Shown here: positions 53,337 through 64,000 of the stretch, piece after piece | How the letters are laid out: each line of letters starts with the position of its first letter | How positions within the stretch are numbered: position 1 is the first letter of the stretch | From: Octopus sinensis | Taxonomy: Eukaryota | Direction: 5' to 3' | Length of the DNA stretch: 64,000 nt | NCBI RefSeq assembly: GCF_006345805.1 | Contig: NC_042999.1 | Location: forward strand, 93,186,001 to 93,250,000 | Program-made: the position numbers and the translations under genes | The notes under the pieces: model-generated | Databases searched by the model: none | What the model was told of the DNA's origin: nothing | Seen by the model: the letters and a program-made list of their open reading frames with translations, nothing else

Positions 53337-55064
53337 GTGTATGTGTATATATATATATACAAATGATCCACCACACACACATACAAACATGCACACAAAT
53401 ATACGTATATACATAGATGTGTACACGTTTGTGCGTGTGTGCATGTTTGTTTGCACCTCTACATGAAATGTAAAATTGTGCTTTCATGAGAGGAATAATC
53501 CATAGATATAAAGTCATGCTTAGTTTAGTCAAACGTCTAAGCTGTATAACAGTATGAAAACCCTGCAACCAATTTTATTTCGTGATGTCTTCTTTTTTTC
53601 TCTAATAATGATATACAGCGATGTCAAATACAGCTTCCATGTGTCTACTAGGTTGAAGGCAGAATGGAAAGCGAAATCCATGCTTTATAGGTTGTGTGTC
53701 AAGATATCATGATATAGCAAAGATTGGAGAACAGAGTAGAATGCTTTCCCAGCATGAAAATTCATTACTTCAATGTCACATGAATATTTGTTTACTAAAC
53801 CATTAGGCCACTGGGGCAATAACACTATTTTTATTGCCGGTCTGTGTCGAGGTTTTGAACATGACTTATACTGCCTAACAAATGACTCTGCAGATTTGGT
53901 ATCATATTTACATTCGTTTTATAACAGAATTATTTGTATTGGAAGAGAGACGGAGATAGCACACGCTCGGTTGCCATCTATTGTATTAATTACAGCTACT
54001 GGCTTTCTAATGACGCACTTTAATTCCCCAAATGCCTGCAGTTGTAATCATTGCTTTGGTGGTTGTATAAGTAGCTAATTATTCATGTTATACATTGATG
54101 AATTTTGTTCATCTATAAATAATATTCATGAATGCCTGTCTATTTCATAGAATATCACGTCTATGAGTACTCGTCTACTGTATAGAATACAATGTCTTGG
54201 TGAAAACATATTTCATATGTATCAGAATTCTTCTGTTTCCCAGAACGTTACTGTGAAATGCATTACTTATTGTATGGTCGCACACAGGTTATTTCTTTTT
54301 GTTTTCTTTTTTCATAAATTATATAGGAAATTTAGTAGCTGTGGCTCTATAAATCATAAGATGTTATTCTGCGAAATCATGTTATTACTTATCATCCAAT
54401 GAATCCAGTATGATATGAAGAGATAGTGAAACTTGGTATGGTCCAGTATTGTAATTCGTAACGTTAATGCTGAGAATTAAAAAAAATAATCAATTCTCCA
54501 ACTAGAAAACTTGCAAACTATTTATCATTATAAAACCTCCTATCAATTACGACTCTATTAGAAGAATGTTGACCATAAATACCAAAATTATGTTCTTGCT
54601 GTTAATAATAAACAAACCTCCTAAACTCAGAATATCACATGATAAAAGGTGTTAGGTCTCACGCCTGGAAAATTCGCCGTTTAGCATGAACTAATATAGA
54701 AGAATGCACAAACTAGAAAGAGGCACAACTCTTCACTGCGTATTGCAAATTGATTATATTCCCTTGATATTCAATAGTCTTAGATGTTAAAAAAATTTAG
54801 AACTATTCGGGTAATAGGTTCAGATTCAATGTACATTTGATCCCAGGCCCCCAAAACACACGCTTACAGAAAGAATGTACAACTGATCAAATTTCATTTA
54901 ATTTCTAGTAATTGGTTCATATCATAGATATTGGTAACCTGAAATTGTGCACATAAATGGTGGAATATCCAGAGCAAAACAAAAGAAGTGCAAAATCAAA
55001 GTTTGTTTGCTTTTAGAAGTCGTAATCTACAGTGGTCAATTAGTGTCAATGGATATATATATAT

Positions 55065-56910
55065 ATAGTTATATGTGCAAAAATCTGTATCAGCCTGAAA
55101 GAAAAAAAGACTCAGTATTGGCGGCGCAAACACACACACACGTGCATCTACAAGATGTTCTGGTTAACTTTAATGGATTTTATAACTCCTTTTTTTCAGA
55201 AACAGCCTGATGTATTTGTGAACAGTTAACAGCAATGGAGAGTATAACGATTAAGATTGAAAAACGTTAGGTGGCATGTAGGACTGGAATCCATCTGAAT
55301 TCGCGACGGGTATCAAAATGCCAATATCATGGACGCTGTCCAATGCCTTATCAACACGATGCTGTAATACATGGACTGATGCAAGGTAGACTACAAATTC
55401 GTGGAGAGTAGAAAGGGGCAGAACCGACCTTCTGACTGCAGCTGTAGGTCGGAATTCATCACCACTTCATCGAACAGGGCCTCAGGCTCAATTTAGACAA
55501 GCATGACTGCTGGAGATTGTTGTCAAATCATGGCTGGTGATGGTCGCTGCAGGAAAACCATATGTGTGGTAACATGATTCGGCTCCTTACCATACCCCCA
55601 GAAAGATTGAGAAGTATTTGTCGAAGAATTTCTACAATTTCACCAGCCCCAATTTCTGTGATTGTCATCTCATGATTTACTACGAGATCTGACCGATAAG
55701 TATCCAGACTGTTGTTATAGTAACGACGCTAAAGAACTCAGAGTAAAGCCACCTGGCACAGATGCACTTTAAACTCTGTTGTGCATGCGCAGTAACCTTT
55801 AACGTTCTAGCTCATTTCCTTTATTTACAACAGTGCTTGAAAGAAAGGTGTGTAGCGGTGATCGTCGCACTGGCCATGACAGAGTAAGTGGAGCGGAGTA
55901 TCTGCACTAAATTTTGTCAAAAACTTGGCCATACTTGCTTACTGGCCTACGTAAAGTTTTCTAAAAGTTTCCCTCGTTCTCGACACAATCAAGGCAATCT
56001 TGTGCAACTGAAATCCGAGGGCCTTTTTGGTTAGCTGAAAGCGGTTTGGGCACAAACTTGGCAGACACGCGTCTGATACCCAAATCTGCACCGTAATAAT
56101 CTGAACATAGCCTGATAATTCACCAATGATAATTCGACAATTTATCCTAACAGCTGCATGCACATCTGCGATGTTTTTCTCAGTTCTGCTGGTTACGTGT
56201 CTCCCAGAACGTTCGTCAGTATCAACATTTTTTCGACCACTCGTACACTTGTGTTCAGCTCATACACTTTCTGCAACTTTGTGTAGGCCTCGGAGCTGGT
56301 ATGGCCATGACAACTTTATCTGTCATGGTCAATGCGACTGTCACATGCTACACACCTTCCTTCCAAGCACTGCTGTAAACAGCGGAAGTAAGCTAGACCG
56401 TTAAATCTTCACATCAGAGTTTTTAAAGTCAATATGTGCCAAGCGGCTTCACTCTGCGTGCTTTAGCGTCGTTACTATGGCAACAATTCAGATCAGACCT
56501 TGTATATGTGGGGTGCGGTTGAGAAATACACAAGCCATTCTGCCTGCAACAACAAATCCAAGCTTATATGCTCAGATCAAGGAGGAATTCAAAGATCTTC
56601 CCATGCACGCAGTGCGAATGCATGGGCTAGGTTTCAGAATCGTCTTGAGGCCGTGGTGGAAGCGCAGAGCAGCTACATTGAGTAAACATTTATCATGTAC
56701 CAGCCATAATATATTGCCGATATTTTTTGATTTTTAAAATATTATTTTTTATTTTTTGGACGGGATATTGTACTTCTTTTCCTTTTATACAAACTGGCAA
56801 TTTTAGCTCGAACACCTTGAATACAATCAAGTACATACAAACACACAATCTCCAAAATCGCTTGAAGCATTGGAGGGACGTTAAATCAATTTCTCCCCAC
56901 AATTCTAAGT
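55065..56910 (+). mobile_element. maT/DD37D-like Tc1/mariner transposon relic split by an insertion
   Basis: VAAGKPYVW*HDSAPYHTPRKIEKYLSKNFYNFTSPNF (about 55540-55660) resumes after the insertion as YMWGAVEK...IKEEF...ARFQNRLEAVVEAQSSYIE* (56503-56685). Outer ends tentative. Confidence 0.75.
55683..56502. mobile_element. Fold-back mariner derivative (two inverted 5' ends) with TA target-site duplication
   Basis: TA|CGAGATCTGA...TCAGACCTTG|TA. The arms at 55683-55950 and about 56285-56502 are inverted copies. Mariner N-terminal peptides ICTKFCQKLGHT (+) and SEAYTKLQKVY..DERSGR..IRRVSAKFVPK (-). Confidence 0.85.
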
Positions 56911-58817
56911 TCGTATGGTTGCTCATCCATGTTTGATACCATACTCAACATGCATTAGATATTGTCTTTCCATCGTTTAAAGGCCTGTAGCCTAGAGAGT
57001 CAAGCTAGAGTTTTAGATAAGCATATTACACCTCATTATATGAAACAACCAGAATCAATACATGTTTTATACCATAAATTGATTCATATTATCCAAGTTG
57101 GTGGGGTATATAAAAGTAGTTTATCAGACTTGTTGCAACTTCCTGGTCGATGTACACCTAGAGCATTGAATACATTTAGATATGTTGCTATTGATTGTGT
57201 TAGTATTATAACAGTATTTTTTGTGTTAGATGAGTCACTGAATTTAAAATTCAATTCCTTTACTTTCATCTTTTATCTGTATCACAGAGTACACGTGAAT
57301 GCAAATTTAATTTGTTCCATCTAAACCGACAGAATACTAAGTGGACAGAGAATGACAGTAACTGGTGGTATAGAGACATTAAGAGAAGTAAAAACTTCCT
57401 AAATAATAAAAGACCATTAGAGTTGTTCTTGAACTCCTGCCTTTTTTAGTGTCAATGATAATTCTCAATTTGGTCTAGCTTTTGTTGTCTAGCTTCAGTC
57501 AACCATTATAAAACAGACTTAGGATCAAGTCGAGTCTATCAATACATATATTGCGATATTGTTAAAGTTGCACGTACAATGGATGACATTAAACTTGTTT
57601 ATACGACTCTGGGTTGTAATCTGAGGGCAGGCTGATCATTAGCTTGTGTAACGACATAGAAGTATCGTTCTTGTCTATCTCCATGTATACTATAGTATAT
57701 TAGACTCAAAGTTACGGACACAAAACACTACTATATGCAGGACATGTACAACCTCTGATTTCATCGGTAGTTAGCTCCTCTACCGACTAGGACATCCGCA
57801 CGTTCTGTTAGGATTATGAAATAATATGATTAATAGTAGTTAGTTAAAAGGATTGCTACTATTGAGTACTGATAGAGATTATAATTCACTCTGGTATGGA
57901 AGGTAACCATTGTAGGCTTCTATGGCTGCAGATCGCATTGCTGTCTAAATTCTAATAGAATTTAGAATAATTCAAAAAATATTTTGTTTGAATCAATTTC
58001 CATTATGAGAATTTTTATGTCTATATTTATCTTTTTATTTGTTTTTAGTGGTGTTTTTGTTTACTAGTCCATAACATCGCTGGGTTTTCAAGTTTCACTT
58101 TCATGTTGAATTTAATCACCAGCTAGTATTTTGCAGAGAATTTATGTGGTGTATTAATGTTATGTTTTAGGTGTGTACGTCAAAGAATATACAACTGATT
58201 TTTATCAGTTTAGAAACACCTCTAAAGAATTGTGGTTGTATGTCACTGGCAAATGCTGTCAGTAATTATATATTACCAAACATTATTAAATAACTGTGGG
58301 AGGACAGAATTCTGTGACAGAAAATCATAACAAACATAAAGTCACATAATTCTATACAATATCAGAAAATATTGCCGATAAATACACCAAACAAATACAC
58401 ACATATAACTACAGATAAATGAATGCATCCATATATTTATATATAAAAACAAATATGTAATATGTACATATATATATGTGTGTGTTCCTGTACACGCGTA
58501 CGCTCGTATAAGAAGACACTCACACACGCACGTATATTTGCATGTGCCTCTATGTACCTAACTATATGCATATATATACGTGTGTATGTGTATATGTGTG
58601 TATGTGAGGCAGAGACGGGAGATGGAGAGAGTCAGAGGGGAGAAAGAGTGAGAGGGGTGAGGGGAGGGAAATAAAAGACAAAAAAGAGATAAACTTAGAT
58701 ATACCTGGCACATTACTGCTACATAATCAAATGACCACGTTTGTGCAGTAAAGACACACAAAGTGTCAACTACGCACATAAATAAATAAAGCTAATATAT
58801 AAGATATACGTTTATAG

Positions 58818-58878
58818 ATACATACATAAATACATACATACATACATACATACATACATAAATACATACATACATACA

Positions 58879-58914
<36 letters not shown>

Positions 58915-58938
58915 TGTGTATATATATATGTATATACA

Positions 58939-58970
<32 letters not shown>
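58818..58970. repeat. (CATA)n-(TA)n microsatellite
   Basis: Direct reading. Confidence 0.95.
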
Positions 58971-58972
<2 letters not shown>

Positions 58973-59134
58973 CGTGTGCATTCGCAGTCACACGCATGTA
59001 TATGAGTGTATTTTAGCATATAGAAATAAATACATAAAAAGTTTCCTTTATTTTTCACTATTTCAACCGCAAATATTTTTCTCCCGACCTCAGTAACATA
59101 CATAGAAAATGTGGTAGGAATGAAAGAGTAGGGT

Positions 59135-59169
<35 letters not shown>

Positions 59170-60299
59170 CTGTGTGTGTGCATATCTAGGGTAACGAAAT
59201 ATACAGACAAAATATAAGATTGTTATATCTGAAAGAGACAAAGAGAAACAGACAAAACAATATGAGTCTTATAAAGATGAAACAAAAACGAACCTATGTA
59301 GGAACATACACAGAAGTAGTATACGCACATATGCATACATTTTCACCTCTTCTGTTCTGTTATGTGTCGTTGAGTTTTTATTGCTTTAGACATATCCAAA
59401 AGGCCCTCTTGGGCATTAACTTCAAGAGTCGATCAAATCGATCCCGGTATTTATTTCACATTGCTACAAATTGTATTGAATTCCGTTCATCGAAATTTTA
59501 AATCGCATTACGTAAATATACACTACTATAAGCCACCGCACCGTCTTCTTGAGAAACATATACTATACAGGCATGCACATAAGCACACACACACACGCCG
59601 ACAAATGCATAAGTATGTGTCTGTGTGTACGTTTGTGTGCCTATGCGTCCTTAGCCAATTTTCAAACAGTTTCTGGTGACTAAAATTCCACTCAGAGGTA
59701 TAACTTAGGTCATGGCTATATTAGAAGTCACTTTACAATAAATAAATAAAGAAAGAAATTAAAAAAAAAACACAATAAATAAATAAAATAAATTAATATA
59801 AAAATAAAAAGTTACATTGTGGAATATAACCCGAAGCTAAGCATGAGGATGATATGAGTTTCACAGCGAAACCAATCCGCAGATTCATAATGCATACATA
59901 CGTACAAACATATATACAATCACACATACATACATGCGTACATACACACATGCACACATACATCCAAACATAAGTACGTACACATACATTCATACATACA
60001 CACACAGCTGTGCGTGAGACCTGCAAACGCATAGGAACACTTAAAATGTGTTTCCGAATGATTTCCCTTGCAAACTATGCCGGCTTAAAAAAGTGTAGTT
60101 CAGCATATTATGAATGTTTTTGTTTTTCATGTTACATATGTGAGTAACAACCTTCAGTCAACATCTCAATGTCATTGATACTGGTTCTAAAAACAATAAT
60201 TTCACTGTCATGGAATTTCGATTGTAGGATCATGCCCAACACCGATAACAACAATATCACCAATATTGTCAAGAAAGCTATTATCTTGCGTATAAGCTA

Positions 60300-61310
60300 T
60301 CACCAAAAACGTAAGTACACGGCTCATTTTACCTAATAATTGCAGGAAATTCCTACAACTGGATACATGAAACCGCCAAAGAAATAATAGTGGATCGAAT
60401 CTAATGCAATCTTAAAGCACTTCACAGCTAAACAGCTGCGGTAACATGCATTCTTTCTTCCCCCGGAGAATCGCTATCGCTGTTAGGTGTGGCAACAAAT
60501 ATTATGATTCCTGAGACACTGTATATATGCCTGATATTATTTGAAACCAGCCAAAATCTGACAGAGAACGACGAGAAATTAAGCAAGTTGACACCGATAG
60601 CACCACAATTACTCAACTTTGTCTGACCGATATCTCCTTATACTGACCCGAGTGAGACAACTGTAAAATAAATGTGGTAGAAAAAACATTTTGCAGTCAA
60701 CTTTGTGAAAAGTTTAACCACATTCTGCAAGCTATTCTTAAGCAGTATAGATCTTTTTGTTGAGAGTGGTAAGAAAACAAATCCGTCTCATGATAAATAT
60801 TATCATCCATCTCACCAGAGACTGTAAAATAACGTAAAAACTAGTATTAAAATAGCAGTAGCTACCTGATACCCTTGCTGTTACGTTGAAGGAACATCTG
60901 AGAGATATTTGAAAGTTTGTCAATGGAGAAATCCACCACATACAAGATAGATAACGTTTCTACAAGACAACAACAATTTATGCCACAGAATATGACAGTT
61001 AAATGCCATTGCAAAATATAAAGCTAGCTATAAGCTCACAAGATACCAACAACATCGCTTCAGAAAAATAATAATGAAAGTGTACCAAATTGCTTACATA
61101 TGATAGACAATAATGTATAAACATTAAAAAAAAAATATGGCGGGTCAGATACGCATACCGAATTAACATGTCATAACACGAGCAAACCATTAGTACACAG
61201 ATGAAATCACTTCTTTGGCAAAACGCTCATTGCCTGTTTTAACATTTTGTGCAAGTATTTATGACAGCAATACTTGGTTACAGAATGGCAGTCTCCGACA
61301 CCAATTGGCA
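60300..61310 (-). pseudogene. Decayed, apparently intronless SLC35-family (GDP-fucose transporter SLC35C1-like) pseudogene
   Basis: Collinear minus-strand fragments in shifting frames: VISSVY*WF, DPPYFF, CRNVI, FKYLSDV..GYQVATAILILVFT, TTLNKKIYT, CKMFFLP, SVRFW, FSGGRKNACYRSCLAV, FFGGFMYPVV. These parallel SLC35C1 motifs recalled from memory. Many stops. Confidence 0.5.
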
Positions 61311-62439
61311 TAATTACGGCAAGAGACACCAAATATTGTGCAAGAAAACTTTTTTATATCTCCGAAGTGGGTGTTAATTTCAAAATGCTAGTAGAAAAGT
61401 AGGATTTATAAAGTTATTTCATTGACAATTGTATGTTTTGTGTTTCATTCAGCTACAATATTTGTATGGTTTTACACATGAAAGATATTATTAAATTGAG
61501 AGGAGACGCCAAAAGTGTAGTGTTTCTTTTAGTTTTATTTTGATCTGAGTTTAACTTCCGGGCTGCTCAAAGTTTCTGTTCATGTTTCCAGAGCCGAAAC
61601 AATTATTTACAACTCAAAGATTGAAGTAGATTAAATTAGTTGTGCCCTCTACATTTGCCTGCAAAAATCATTATATCTTGGCTGTCGGTAGATGAATAAA
61701 TAAAATTTCAAACTAAATCTAGTTGCGCTGCTCTATGCTTTAATTTTATATTGCTAACCATTACTATTTGCAATGGTCTTTCTTCATGGATCGCTGAATA
61801 AATAAAATATGGATAGCTTTGAACTAACGCTCTTCCAAAACATTTAGCCTCACGCAAAAGATAGAAATTGATATTCAGTTGCTCCGCTTTTCATTCTTAT
61901 TTCTAATAATGCCAGTGCTTATATTGCATTATATGCTTCCTGGGACTATATAATAAACAACTGTACCAGTGTAAACGAATACTGACTTCGCAAAAAAGTG
62001 TAACTAAATTCCTATATTACAAAATATGAATATCATCATTATCATCATTGCATAACAGCAGTCTGTTAGTGATTCTAATACTTTTGTCTGTAGACTATCA
62101 AACCACTACTTGTCTCTTCAGATAGTTATTATATATTTTAAGGATCTAGCTATTCCAAGTAGATATGCTGTATGTCGTGTCACTAAGCTGATTTTTATAG
62201 TGAATATAGAACCCTATTCTTTGATATTTTCATACATTTTCTCAGTCATCCATTTATAATACGAATTATAGTTATCTTTCTGAACTTCCAAATCATTTAT
62301 CAGTTACCTTTTGAAGTCATGAATATATCTCTCACCGCATTATATTTTCCCTTTATTCTGCTGTCGAATGCACCAACTACATTTATTATAGTATTTCTGT
62401 AGTACATTTGTATCTAAGTTTCATAGTTCTACGTCCTTA

Positions 62440-63560
62440 TCTCGCTTGCTTTTCATGCCTTATAACACATTCACCTGATCATTTAGTTAACTTTCGTCGG
62501 ACGGTGTTTATAGCTCTTGTCAGTATGCTCTAGATTTTTCCTGTTACATAGTTAATAGGGTATAGCTGGTGCATTTCTGTCTGGTTTCAAGAATTTGTGC
62601 GGCTTCTGTGTCGGATTCTTACTCTCTTATACTAAAATGAATACCGTTCTACTGTTTTACCATATATTCGATATACTGGAAAGATATCCTCGTCTTCAAT
62701 AAGATCACTTGTGTTCGTATGAAAAGTTATTAGAATGCCCTTATGGTACTTTCTGTGGCTTTCTTCATAATTCTTTCTTTTGAGTGGTTCCTAGTCCAAG
62801 TTTTCCTAGATAAAGTATTCTTTAAGTAAACTTCCTCTAATTTTCCTCCATTTCGTGATTTCTATTTCCTCTTTTCTCGCCACTCAATTTTCATTCTTTC
62901 ATTTTTACAATCCCTACGACTGTTCCCTTTACAGCACAATCTACCCTTCTTAACACTCTTTCATAATCACCACGTTTCATACAGCTTATCAGTATCTCCT
63001 TCTCTGGTGAAACATATTATGTATAGTTTGCAAAATTCATACTTATTTCTATTATTTACTTTTTGAACGTTACAGCTGAAAATGCTTGCACTGAACAAGA
63101 AGACTGATACAACAGGTTAGCTAATAACTGTGACAAATTTCATATTGTTTAGGTGGGACTTTAATATATTCTTTTCTCTTCTTATGCATTCATGTTTTAG
63201 TGTGTCCATAATTCTAACGCCCTTTACATCACAGACTTGTAAATTACCCAGTTTCCTGAAAATCTATTACATATCCTTAATAGTTGGGTACCAGTTTTCC
63301 CCCCTATTTCGGATTTTTAAAAATTCTTCATCCATTCTTACGTACCCCCTGTCAAGTTGCTTTTCATCCTATCAAAATAACTTTAGGTCATCCTTAATGG
63401 ATAAAATGTAGTTGATTTTAATCTTTTCGTAATTTACATCCCACTTTCACGTTTATTAACACGTGGGCTATAATGATAAGGAAGAATTCAAAGAGCAAAA
63501 TCCATCGACTATTCACTCTCACAGAATCATAATATCCCCTTTATTCTTTGCAAATATTCA
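62440..63560 (-). mobile_element. Very old R4-like RT relic
   Basis: Minus-strand INYILSIKDDLKLF**DEKQL (about 63350-63415), a degenerate RG..DS motif (about 63480-63540) and EAAQILET (about 62580-62610). Confidence 0.5.
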
Positions 63561-64000
63561 TCCTGGTTTCATCTTTGATGATTCTATATCTTTATCTAAT
63601 ACACGCAGTGATTTCTTATGTCTAAATGATGGTGATAACTAGTAAATAAATTTATAATTTTTCGGAAACGAAGCTTTCAAACTTTTACAAAGTAAAGTAA
63701 TATTTATCTCTAAACAGAAGTTTAATAAGCCAAAAGAAGTGTACCCAACATACCATAAAATATTTTTCAAAGGCGTTGAAATTTCAGGTTTACAAAAGAA
63801 ATACTGGAGTTCATGTTATCGCAGTGGAGTAAATGATATAAGGGAGTCTTATCAAGAAACAGAACGTAGTTTACCGATAATGTATATGGAAGAGGTGCTG
63901 AAGGAACTTCTCAAATACTTTTGAAACTGAAAGCAATAAGTTTTACTAAACATTTGATTTTCGTCTATGTGTCTTCTATTTGATCGCACATATAATCAGG

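Overview
AT-rich, microsatellite-saturated animal genomic DNA. The SINE families and repeat make-up suggest a coleoid cephalopod such as Octopus; this is inferred, not verified. No intact host protein-coding gene is visible, and almost all long track ORFs are microsatellite artefacts or transposon fragments. Contents: (i) at least seven copies of R4/Dong-like non-LTR retrotransposons with a restriction-like endonuclease (RLE), the younger ones in (TAA)n and one family in (CATA)n microsatellites; (ii) several Penelope-like element (PLE) GIY-YIG relics; (iii) many tRNA-derived SINEs; (iv) DNA transposon relics: mariner, a maT/DD37D element interrupted by a fold-back mariner, Merlin/IS1595-like, and a Helitron-like end; (v) a decayed, apparently intronless SLC35C1-like nucleotide-sugar transporter pseudogene. 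The most notable signal is a set of eight hammerhead-ribozyme (HHR)-like motifs: one with a fully canonical core (45209-45302, minus), one in the 3' part of a tRNA-headed SINE (41790-42023, minus), one in a non-coding TA-flanked 1.24 kb element (13090-14334), and five decayed ones, mostly downstream of PLE relics. All alignments and folds were done by eye.
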